Source: Thiohalocapsa sp.
Lineage (GTDB): Bacteria; Pseudomonadota; Gammaproteobacteria; Chromatiales; Chromatiaceae
Length of the DNA: 64,000 nt
Assembly (NCBI GenBank): GCA_021736785.1
Contig: JAIPFF010000024.1
Location: forward strand, 1,507-65,506
Direction of reading: 5' to 3'
Part shown: positions 18,570-26,923 of the stretch, piece by piece
Layout of the letters: each line of letters opens with the position of its first letter
Numbering within the stretch: the stretch's first letter is position 1
The notes under the pieces: generated by a model
The model's input: only the letters and a program-made list of their open reading frames with translations
Told to the model about the DNA's origin: nothing
The model's database searches: none
Position numbers and translations under genes: made by a program

Positions 18570-19216
18570 GCCGCGACTGGTCGTTGCTGTTGGGCATGCT
18601 GCTCGCGCTGCTTGCCTGCGTGCTGCTCTGGGTGCTGCACGGCGCGCTGATGGATCAGCCCGGGCCGCGCCTGGCGGATCTGGCGGCTGCCAATGTGCCG
18701 TACAGCGGCGTCAGCAACCCCGTAACCTCGGTGCTGCTTAACTTTCGCGCCTACGACACGCTTCTGGAGCTCGCTGTCGTGTTGGCTGCGCTGCTCGGCA
18801 TCTGGGCCTTGGGGCCGGCTGTCCCCGGTTTTCAGCCCAGCGGGCCCGTGCTCGCCAGCATGGTCTCCTGGATCGTACCGCTACTGATCCTCGCCGGCGG
18901 CTACATGTTATGGGTCGGCGGGCACGCACCCGGCGGCGCGTTCCAGGCCGGGGCGCTGCTCGGCGCGGCCGGCGTCATCCTGCGCCTGGGCGGGGACCCG
19001 CGGGCCGGGCTGCCCGACGAAACCATGCAGCGCTGGCTCGCCGTCGCCGGCACGGCGGTATTTACCCTTGTCGGACTCGCCTTGGCGGCGGCCGGAGAAG
19101 GCTTCCTGACCTATCCGACCGACTGGGCCAAGTGGCTGATCCTGCTCATCGAGACCGCCGCGACCATTGCCATCGGCGTGACGCTGGCAGCTGCCTACGT
19201 GGGCGGACGTCCCTAA
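18566..19216 (+). CDS. mrpB: Na+/H+ antiporter MnhB/MrpB subunit-related protein
   Basis: 216 aa with an ATGA overlap. 'NPVTSVLLNFRAYDTLLELAVV' is the MnhB-domain signature. Confidence 0.85.
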   Translation: MSRDWSLLLGMLLALLACVLLWVLHGALMDQPGPRLADLAAANVPYSGVSNPVTSVLLNFRAYDTLLELAVVLAALLGIWALGPAVPGFQPSGPVLASMVSWIVPLLILAGGYMLWVGGHAPGGAFQAGALLGAAGVILRLGGDPRAGLPDETMQRWLAVAGTAVFTLVGLALAAAGEGFLTYPTDWAKWLILLIETAATIAIGVTLAAAYVGGRP

Positions 19217-19250
19217 CCCCCTTCCCTCGCACCATTCAAGCCAATCAGTC

Positions 19251-19535
19251 ATGACCGCACAATTCTTGTACGGAGGCGCAGGCGTGATCCTGTTCGCGTT
19301 GGGCATTTGGTCCTTCCTGTCCCATGAGGCGCTGCTGCGTAAGCTGATTGCCTTCAATGTCATGGGCGGCGGCGTGTTCCACGTCTTTATCGCCGTTGCC
19401 TACCGCGGCGATACTGCTCCGCCGGACCCGGTGCCCCACGCGCTGGTGCTCACGGGTATCGTGGTAGCCGTCAGCGCCACGGCGCTCGCGCTCGCGCTGG
19501 GCGGACGCGCCCAAGACGCGGCCGACCATGACTGA
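19251..19535 (+). CDS. mrpC: Na+/H+ antiporter subunit C (NuoK-like)
   Basis: 94 aa with three TM segments. 'LLRKLIAFNVMGGGVFHVFIA' and 'PVPHALVLTGIVVAVSATALALAL'. Confidence 0.85.
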   Translation: MTAQFLYGGAGVILFALGIWSFLSHEALLRKLIAFNVMGGGVFHVFIAVAYRGDTAPPDPVPHALVLTGIVVAVSATALALALGGRAQDAADHD

Positions 19536-20991
19536 TCTGCTTCCGCTCGCGGTCGCGGTCCCGCTGCTGGCCGCGCTGCTGGTCACGGCCCTGCCCCGCC
19601 AAGCCGCGCTGCTGGGTGTGCTCGGCGCCGCGGCGACGACTCTGGCGGCCGGCGCCGTCCTGACGGCGGTCTGGTTGAACGGCGCACTGACGGCTGATCT
19701 GGGCGGATGGGGTGTGCCGTTGGGCATCTCCATGCGAGCCAACGGCTTTGCCGCCGCATTGCTGGCCATGACGGCACTCGTGGCGCTCGCGACCAGCGTT
19801 TATGCCACCGGCTATTTCGCCGATTCCCCCAAGGCCGTCCACTTCTGGCCACTATGGTTGCTCCTTTGGGCATCGCTGAACGCCCTGTTGCTGGCCGCAG
19901 ATCTGTTCAACCTCTTCGTGACGCTGGAACTGCTCGGGCTCTGCGCGGCGGCGCTGGGCGCGCTCACGGGCAGCGCCGATGCGGTCAAGGCCAACCTGCG
20001 CTATCTGCTGGTAGGCCTACTGGGATCGACGACCTACCTGATGGGCGTTGCGCTGCTCTACAGCGCCTACGGCGCGCTGGACATCGCCCTGCTCGCCGAG
20101 CACATCGCTGCCGGCGGCGACGAAAACAACGCCGTCGACGCCGCCGCGCTGACCCTGATGACGGTCGGACTCGCGCTGAAGGCGGCGTTGTTTCCGCTGC
20201 ATTTCTGGCTGCCTCCGGCGCATGCCAACGCACCGGCTCCCGTCAGCGCGGCGCTGTCGGCGCTGGTCGTGAAAGGCGCGGTTTACATCATCGTCATACT
20301 TTGGCTCGAGCTGTTCGCCTCCGTTGCCACCGCCTCGGCGGCCATGGTGCTCGGCCTGCTCGGCGCCGCGGGCGTGGTCTGGGGGTCTTGGCGGGCGCTG
20401 CGCGCGGCGCGGCTGAAACTGATGGCGGCCTACTCCACCGTCGCACAGATCGGCTATCTGTTCATGTTTCTGCCGCTGATCGCGGCGACACCGCCCGGCC
20501 CCGCCCGCGACAATCTGTTCGCGGCTCTGGTGCTGATGGCGCTGTCCCATGGCTTCGCCAAGGCCGGCTTCTTTCTCGCCGCCGGGCTGGTTCAGCAGCA
20601 GGCCGGGCACGACCGCATCGACGATCTCGGCGGCACCGCACAGCAGATGCCGGCCACCACGTTCACCATCGGCCTCTGCGGCTCGGCGCTGATCGGCCTG
20701 CCGCCGAGCGGCAGCTTCATCGGCAAGTGGCTGATGATGCAAGGCGCCATCGAGGCCGGCCAGTGGTGGTGGATCGTGGTGTTGCTGATCGGCACCTTGC
20801 TGGCCGCGGCCTACACCTTTCGGGTGCTGAGCCGCGCCTTCGGTCTGGAACCGACACCGTTGCGGTTCGTCACCGACGCCCGCTCCGAGATCCCGGCGCT
20901 GATGCTGGCGCTGACTGCGGTCGGCGTACTCGGACTGGCGGCCGGGCCCCTGTGGACTTTGCTGGGCCTCGGGGCCGGAGGCGCCGCATGA
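19528..20991 (+). CDS. mrpD: proton-conducting antiporter-like membrane subunit (MrpD/NuoN-like), copy 1
   Basis: 487 aa. 'GLALKAALFPLHFWLPPAHANAPAPVSAALSALVVK' and 'MAAYSTVAQIGYLF'. Has an 8-nt overlap with mrpC. Confidence 0.88.
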   Translation: MTDLLPLAVAVPLLAALLVTALPRQAALLGVLGAAATTLAAGAVLTAVWLNGALTADLGGWGVPLGISMRANGFAAALLAMTALVALATSVYATGYFADSPKAVHFWPLWLLLWASLNALLLAADLFNLFVTLELLGLCAAALGALTGSADAVKANLRYLLVGLLGSTTYLMGVALLYSAYGALDIALLAEHIAAGGDENNAVDAAALTLMTVGLALKAALFPLHFWLPPAHANAPAPVSAALSALVVKGAVYIIVILWLELFASVATASAAMVLGLLGAAGVVWGSWRALRAARLKLMAAYSTVAQIGYLFMFLPLIAATPPGPARDNLFAALVLMALSHGFAKAGFFLAAGLVQQQAGHDRIDDLGGTAQQMPATTFTIGLCGSALIGLPPSGSFIGKWLMMQGAIEAGQWWWIVVLLIGTLLAAAYTFRVLSRAFGLEPTPLRFVTDARSEIPALMLALTAVGVLGLAAGPLWTLLGLGAGGAA

Positions 20992-22499
20992 ACGAACCTT
21001 GGCCGTTATCGGCGCTTCTGCCCGGCGCCATCCTGTTCAGCTCGCTTCTGCCCGGCGTGTTCATCTTCCTGGTCAAGGAAGAGAGCCACCGGCTGCGGAC
21101 GATCCTCAACCTGAGCGGCGCAATCCTGAAGCTGTTCCTGGTCGGCTTCCTGATCTTGGGTGTCTACGAAGGTCAGCTGTTCCAAAGCCGATTGACGATC
21201 GCGCCGGGATTGGAACTGGTACTGCACGCCGATGCGCTGTCGGTGCTGTTCGTCACGCTCTCCACCGTGCTCTGGCTGATCACCACGGTCTACGCAATCG
21301 GCTATCTGGAGCACTCTCCGAACCGAAGCCGTTTCTTCGGCTTCTTCAGCCTCTGTGTATCGGCCACGGTAGGTATCGCACTCGCCGGTAATCTACTGAC
21401 GTTCGTGATCTTCTACGAGATCCTGACGCTGGCCACCTACCCTCTCGTGGCCCATCGCGGTACGCCGGATGCGACCCGCGGCGCCAAGATCTATCTGGCC
21501 TACACCATGAGCGGCGGCCTGGTGCTGCTGATCGGTGCCGTTTGGCTGCGGACGCTGACCGGCCCCGTGGACTTCGTCGAAGGCGGGGTGCTAAGCGGCA
21601 TGCCGGCGTCCATGGAGGGCCAGCTGACGATCATCTTCGTGTTGTTGCTGGTAGGCCTCGGCGTCAAGGCGGCCCTGGTGCCCTTGCACGGCTGGCTGCC
21701 GCAGTCGATGGTGGCGCCGGCACCGGTCAGCGCGCTGCTGCACGCGGTGGCCGTGGTCAAGGCCGGCGCTTTCGGCATCGTGCGCGTTGTCTACGACGTT
21801 TACGGCGTCGAGTACGCGGCCTCGCTCGGGTTGCTCGGCATCCTGGCCGCCGCGGCATCGGTGACCATTGTTTACGGATCGGTCAAGGCCCTATTCGAGG
21901 ATGGTCTAAAGAAACGGCTCGCCTACTCAACCGTCAGCCAGGTGTCCTATATCGCGCTCGGCGCCTCGATCCTCGGACCGATCGCCACCATCGGCGGCAT
22001 GGTGCACCTGGTACACCAAGGGATCATGAAGATCACGTTGTTCTTGTGCGCCGGCAACTACGCCGAGACGCTCGGCGTCCACAAAGTCAGCCAAATGGAC
22101 GGCGTCGGCCGGCGCATGCCCTTCACGACGCTCGCCTTCACGGTCGGAGCACTGGGCATGATCGGTATACCGCCGATCGCCGGCTTCATCTCGAAGTGGT
22201 ACCTCGGGCTCGGAGCGGTCGAGGCCGGCCAGAGTTGGGTGCTATTGATCCTTGCCGCCAGCACGCTGCTGAACGCGGCTTACTTCCTGCCGATCCTTTA
22301 CCGCGCCTGGTTCCGCCCGGCACCGCCGCAATGGCCCCGCGAGCACATTTTCAAGACGCGCTTCGAAACCATGGGGGCTTTGCTGTGGCCGCCGGTCGTC
22401 ACGGCCGTGCTTTGCCTGGTCGCGGGCCTGCTTGCGGCCTCTCCATTCAGCCCGTTGGAGTGGGCTCGGCTGATCGCGGAGCGGGAGTACGGGCTATGA
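20988..22499 (+). CDS. mrpD: proton-conducting antiporter-like membrane subunit (MrpD/NuoM-like), copy 2
   Basis: ORF 19707..22499, trimmed to the ATG at 20988 (ATGA overlap). 'GLGVKAALVPLHGWLPQSMVAPAPVSALLHAVAVVKAG' and 'LAYSTVSQVSYI'. Confidence 0.88.
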   Translation: MNEPWPLSALLPGAILFSSLLPGVFIFLVKEESHRLRTILNLSGAILKLFLVGFLILGVYEGQLFQSRLTIAPGLELVLHADALSVLFVTLSTVLWLITTVYAIGYLEHSPNRSRFFGFFSLCVSATVGIALAGNLLTFVIFYEILTLATYPLVAHRGTPDATRGAKIYLAYTMSGGLVLLIGAVWLRTLTGPVDFVEGGVLSGMPASMEGQLTIIFVLLLVGLGVKAALVPLHGWLPQSMVAPAPVSALLHAVAVVKAGAFGIVRVVYDVYGVEYAASLGLLGILAAAASVTIVYGSVKALFEDGLKKRLAYSTVSQVSYIALGASILGPIATIGGMVHLVHQGIMKITLFLCAGNYAETLGVHKVSQMDGVGRRMPFTTLAFTVGALGMIGIPPIAGFISKWYLGLGAVEAGQSWVLLILAASTLLNAAYFLPILYRAWFRPAPPQWPREHIFKTRFETMGALLWPPVVTAVLCLVAGLLAASPFSPLEWARLIAEREYGL

Positions 22500-22539
22500 A
22501 CGCCGGACGCCGCCATCCGCCCGGCAAGCGGAGATTTCC

Positions 22540-25386
22540 ATGAGCGCTTGGCTGCTTTTAATCGCCTGGGTCTGGCCGTTGCTGCTCGTCTGGCCCGCGG
22601 CCGGTGTGCGACTGCGGGCTCCGCGCACCGACACGCTGATGCCGCCCCTCGGCGCGCCTCAGCAGGCGCTGTCGCAACCGCTACGCGGCCAGTTGCGGGA
22701 CGCGCTGCCGGCGCTCGGCGCCCTGCCGGCACTGGTCGCGGCGCTTACATTGCCGCTCGGTACGACGCTGGAACTGCCCTGGCTGATGCTGGGCACGACG
22801 CTGACACTCGACGCCGTCGCCCGTGTCTACCTGCTGTTCACATCGATTCTATGGCTCGCGGCCGGCATTTATGCCGTCTTCGCCTTCCGCGGCGATCCGC
22901 ACGCCGAGCGTTTCCATGCCCTGTTCCTATTGGCGATGGCGGGCAATCTGTGGCTCATCGTCGGCGCCGACCTGATCAGCTTCTATGTCGGCTTCGCGAT
23001 GATGGGGCTGTCGTCCTATGGGCTGGTCGTCCATAACGCCGACCGAGCCGCGCTGCGGGCCGGCAAGGTCTATCTGGTCATGGCGCTGATCGGCGAGGTG
23101 AGCCTGTTCGCCGCCTTCGTGATGATCGTGGCCCAGACCGACACACTAATGCCCGGTGCCGAGGATCTGGCCGGGCTCGATACGCTGACGATCGCGCTCG
23201 CGCTGCTGGGACTCGGGGTCAAGGCCGGCCTGTTCCCCCTGCACCTGTGGCTGCCGCTGGCGCACCCGGCGGCCCCCATTCCGGCCAGCGCGGTGCTGAG
23301 CGGAACCATGATCAAAGTGGCACTGCTCGGCTGGATGCGCTTTCTTCCGGTCGGCGCCATCGCAATGCCCGAGTGGGGCACCTTGCTCGCCGCCGGGGGC
23401 CTCGTCACCCTGTTTTTCGCACTGCCGGTCGGCCTCGTTCAGTCCGACCCCAAGGTCGTGCTCGCCTACTCGAGCATCAGCAAGATGGGGCTGTTGATCC
23501 TGCTGCTCGGCCTGATCCTGATGGAGCCGGCCCTGGCGCCGCTGGGCACGGCCGCCATCGCGTTTTACGCGGCACACCACGCCTTGGTCAAAGGCGGCCT
23601 GTTTCTCGGCGTCGGCATGCGCAAGCACGCGCACCTGCAGCCGCTGGTCCTGGGGTTGCTGGTCTTTTTGGCCTTGGCGCTGGCGGGTGCACCGTTTACC
23701 AGCGGCGCGGCGGCCAAGTACGAGATCAAGCCACTGCTCGAAAGCGCCCACTGGACCTGGATCAGCGCCGCCATCGCCGTATCAACGTTCGGCACGACGC
23801 TGCTGATGGGACGCTTCATTTGGGTCAGCGTGCGCACGCAGCCCCATCCCGAGCCCGGCTACTTGTGGCCGGCGGCGGCCTGGGGAACGTTGATCGGCCT
23901 CGTCGTGCTGTTTCCCTTCGTGCTCGGCCAGCCCTCCGGTTGGCTCAGCAACGCCGTCACGGTGCCGGCGGGCATCGCCGCGGCGGTGCTGATCGCGGCC
24001 ATCGCACGCTGGAAGCCCGGCTTGTTCAGGCCTATGGTCGGCAGTGTGCCGCCGGGCGATCTGCTGCTGCTCGCCGCCCCGACGCGGCGCGCCATCACTG
24101 CCGTCGGCGCCGCCACGCAGCGCTATTGGCGACGGATCGCCGGTCCGGTGCAGGACTTTGCCCTCGATCGCTTCGAACGCACCTTCAACGCCCCGGACAG
24201 CGACACCGAGCGCGGACTACGGCAATGGCCGGTGGCCGGAGCACTATGGATCGGCATCTCGGCCCTGATGCTGCTGTTGCTGCTGGGCGGACAGGAGACG
24301 ATGCTGCCCAAGGAAGCACCGCAAACGGGCGCCGGAGTCGCGGACAGTGCGGCCGAGTCGCCGCCGGACCTCGCGCCGGCGCCGGAACGGCAAACCCCGC
24401 GCGACACGGCCGCCGAGCTGAACGATGCCCACAAGGCGGTCCCGGCACCCGCTGTCTCCGGCGAAACAGGCGCTGAGACGGGCGCGGATGTGGATGCGGG
24501 CCCGGGCGCGGGTCCGGCCGCTGCGCCGGGCCCCGTGAACGAACAGGATTCCGGCGCTCGAGCAGAGCGAGACGGCGCGCGGCAAACGGAACCGGCACGG
24601 AGCGACTCCGCCGCACTCGATGCGCCCGCACGGTCCGCCACCTCGGCCGAGCCGGAAAGCCCTCGCCCGCGGCCGGCGCCCGCGGATCCATCGCGCACCA
24701 CGTCGGCGGATGACAACGAAGCGCAAGCGCCGAGTCCGCTGTCCGACCCCGCGACATCGGCGCCGGCGAAAGACGATGCGACGGCTCCCGAACCGGGCGC
24801 GGCCGGACAGGGACCGCGCGCCGACAGCGCCCGAGCGCCGGCACAACCGGGGCCCGCGGAGCCATCCGCCGACGATGAGACGACCGCGGACACCCGGGAT
24901 ACCGCAGATAACGGGGACGCCGGGGATACCGGGGATACCACCGGCAACGGGGACGCTGCGGACATCGGGGATACCGCCGACAACCAGGTCTCCCGGAACA
25001 TCGGGGACATAGGCGATACCGGGGCCGATCAAAGCGGCCGTTCCGCCTCCGGGCAAACCGACGTCGGCGAAGATCCTTGCGCACCGCCGGCGCGCTATGT
25101 GTTCGCACCGTTCGGAGACGACCCGCCGCGGCTGCAGCTCGATCGCTGTGCCCCCGCCGGCGACCAAGGCCTGCGGGCGCTCGACGCACCGCCCCTCACG
25201 CCGGCACTGGTGCGCGCCGTGCAGCGCGCCCTGAATGCGGCTGGCTACGAGGCGGGACCGGTGGACGGCATCATCGGTCCGCGCACGCGCGCCGCGCTGC
25301 GCGCATTGCAGCGTGACGCCGGACTCGTCGAGGACGGCAGCATCAGCTTCGATGTGCTGGACGCCCTACAGCCGGCAGAGGGCTGA
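22540..25386 (+). CDS. NuoL/MrpA-like antiporter subunit fused to a long acidic/Pro-rich linker and a C-terminal peptidoglycan-binding (PG_binding_1-like) domain
   Basis: 948 aa with GGAGA 7 nt upstream. N-terminal module 'GLGVKAGLFPLHLWLPLAHPAAPIPASAVLSG' and 'LAYSSISKMG'. A late TM 'WPVAGALWIGISALMLLLLLGG'. About 290 aa of P/A/D/E/S/T low complexity. C-terminus 'LTPALVRAVQRALNAAGYEAGPVDGIIGPRTRAALRALQRDAGL'. Confidence 0.85.
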   Translation: MSAWLLLIAWVWPLLLVWPAAGVRLRAPRTDTLMPPLGAPQQALSQPLRGQLRDALPALGALPALVAALTLPLGTTLELPWLMLGTTLTLDAVARVYLLFTSILWLAAGIYAVFAFRGDPHAERFHALFLLAMAGNLWLIVGADLISFYVGFAMMGLSSYGLVVHNADRAALRAGKVYLVMALIGEVSLFAAFVMIVAQTDTLMPGAEDLAGLDTLTIALALLGLGVKAGLFPLHLWLPLAHPAAPIPASAVLSGTMIKVALLGWMRFLPVGAIAMPEWGTLLAAGGLVTLFFALPVGLVQSDPKVVLAYSSISKMGLLILLLGLILMEPALAPLGTAAIAFYAAHHALVKGGLFLGVGMRKHAHLQPLVLGLLVFLALALAGAPFTSGAAAKYEIKPLLESAHWTWISAAIAVSTFGTTLLMGRFIWVSVRTQPHPEPGYLWPAAAWGTLIGLVVLFPFVLGQPSGWLSNAVTVPAGIAAAVLIAAIARWKPGLFRPMVGSVPPGDLLLLAAPTRRAITAVGAATQRYWRRIAGPVQDFALDRFERTFNAPDSDTERGLRQWPVAGALWIGISALMLLLLLGGQETMLPKEAPQTGAGVADSAAESPPDLAPAPERQTPRDTAAELNDAHKAVPAPAVSGETGAETGADVDAGPGAGPAAAPGPVNEQDSGARAERDGARQTEPARSDSAALDAPARSATSAEPESPRPRPAPADPSRTTSADDNEAQAPSPLSDPATSAPAKDDATAPEPGAAGQGPRADSARAPAQPGPAEPSADDETTADTRDTADNGDAGDTGDTTGNGDAADIGDTADNQVSRNIGDIGDTGADQSGRSASGQTDVGEDPCAPPARYVFAPFGDDPPRLQLDRCAPAGDQGLRALDAPPLTPALVRAVQRALNAAGYEAGPVDGIIGPRTRAALRALQRDAGLVEDGSISFDVLDALQPAEG
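24889..25030 (+). repeat. imperfect short tandem repeats (GGGGATACC / GGGGACGC type) encoding a (G-D-T/A)n stretch inside the linker
   Basis: Read directly: '...gacacccgggataccgcagataacggggacgccggggataccggggataccaccggcaacggggacgctgcggacatcggggataccgcc...aggcgataccgggg' encodes DTRDTADNGDAGDTGDTTGNGDAADIGDTADN...GDIGDTGAD. Confidence 0.7.
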
Positions 25387-25880
25387 GACCGGAGTCGCGC
25401 TCGGCAGCGCACGCCGCCAAGACCGGCTTTCGGCGGGCCCGAAAATGCCGCCGCGGCCTCTTTTGCCGACAAAAGCGCCGAATCCCGCTCATCGCTCCCG
25501 CTAACCGCGCGCCCCTCGGCAGCAAGTCTATCGAGCGCTCGCCGCAGCGCGGCGCACTCCGCGATGCCTGCCATGTCGTGTCGCGCCAACAGCCGAAAAC
25601 CCGACACAGGAACCCCTATCGCCGTTAGCCCAGCAACCCACTCAACATAATGTAAGCCGAATTCGCACAAAACAACGCATGGTTTCATGGCCGTTCACTG
25701 GCAAACCAGCGCCATGCCCGTATCTATCTGCCGGCGCTGTCGCCGGCGCCGAACAGATCCCGAAACGCGATTGAAGGCTTATTGCGTAGAGCCCCGGCAT
25801 ACGGGCCGGCCCCAACGGCCGAGCAGAAGCGGATTCGGTTGCTGATCGTCCCCTCAAACCTCTGATTTCGGAGTCAATCA

Positions 25881-26618
25881 ATGTCCCTGATGAAGCGTTC
25901 GGTCGCCGAATTCATCGGCACCTTCTGGTTAGTCCTGGGCGGCTGCGGCGCCGCTGTCTTTGCCGCCGGCGTCCCCGACGTCGGCATCGGCTATCTCGGC
26001 GTCTCCTTTGCGTTCGGCCTCACCGTGCTCACCATGGCCTACGCCATCGGCCATATTTCCGGCTGCCACCTGAATCCGGCGGTGACAGTGGGACTCACCG
26101 TCGGCGGTCGCTTCAAGGCTGCGGACCTGCCGATGTATGTCATCGCACAGACTCTCGGCGCGATTGTCGCCGCATTCCTGATCCTCTATGTCGCCTCCGA
26201 TATGGGCGTGCACAAGGAAGGTCAGGCCACCTTCGAGCTCGCCGCCAACAGCCTCGCCGTCAACGGTTACGGGGAACTGTCGCCCCAGGGCTACGGCATG
26301 ATCACCGGCTTCGTGACCGAGATCGTCATGACGCTGATGTTCTTGTTCATCATCCTGGGCGTTACCGACAAGCGCGGCACCGCGGTCGCGGGCGGACTGG
26401 CGATCGGCCTGGCGCTGACGCTCATTCACCTGATCTCGATCCCCGTCACCAACACCTCGGTCAACCCGGCGCGCAGCACCGGCCCCGCACTGGCGCTCGC
26501 TTTTTCCGGCGAGGGCAAGGCGATGGCACAGTTGTGGCTGTTCTGGGTGGCGCCGATCATCGGTGCCGCACTGGCAGGGCTGATCTACCGCTTGTTCGAA
26601 ACGGACGCGACGACTTAA
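25881..26618 (+). CDS. aqpZ: aquaporin Z
   Basis: 245 aa. '[15 protein letters not shown]', two NPA boxes ('HLNPAVT' and 'SVNPARS'), GGAG upstream of the ATG. Confidence 0.93.
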   Translation: MSLMKRSVAEFIGTFWLVLGGCGAAVFAAGVPDVGIGYLGVSFAFGLTVLTMAYAIGHISGCHLNPAVTVGLTVGGRFKAADLPMYVIAQTLGAIVAAFLILYVASDMGVHKEGQATFELAANSLAVNGYGELSPQGYGMITGFVTEIVMTLMFLFIILGVTDKRGTAVAGGLAIGLALTLIHLISIPVTNTSVNPARSTGPALALAFSGEGKAMAQLWLFWVAPIIGAALAGLIYRLFETDATT

Positions 26619-26923
26619 GCCCGCGAGCCCGTTATCCCGGCCCGTTAACCGGGCCCGAGATCAACGGGCGTACCGGCAGGCGCGGACGACGAACGCCCGC
26701 GCCTGCATCGAACCTGGAGCGTCGGCGAGGTCTGTTCGCGGGCGCCGCCGATGCTCTCCTCGCAGGCAGTACCGTTATCGCACGGGCCGCCAGGCCCAGA
26801 CGGGCCCCAGCCGTCGACGACTGCCATTTCCGGCGCCCATCGTCCGAGCATCGGCGTCCCGAGGCCGCCTGTTCGGCCAAGCCCGCGGCCAAGCCCGGGA
26901 CAGATCCCTCGCCCCTTAGCAGC

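Noticed and set aside
19707-20987. Long N-terminal extensions of tracked ORFs (for example 19707..22499, 2995..4545, 4896..6578, 31320..32945, 40747..41571, 56332..58080 and 58784..61501)
   Set aside because: The extensions overlap upstream genes in other frames and translate to Arg/Pro/Ala-rich sequence. Internal ATGs with Shine-Dalgarno-like sequences or start/stop overlaps give N-termini that match the protein families.
24123-25189. Three long minus-strand ORFs (24123..25010, 24185..25189 and 24244..25167)
   Set aside because: All lie inside the compositionally monotonous linker of the fused antiporter gene. They are open in several frames simply because stop codons are rare there.
25245-25688. 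147-aa minus-strand ORF in the spacer upstream of aqpZ
   Set aside because: Its 3' third overlaps the peptidoglycan-binding domain coding region in antisense. Its codons are visibly poorer in third-position G/C than neighbouring genes. No motif was found. I left the 495-bp spacer unannotated.
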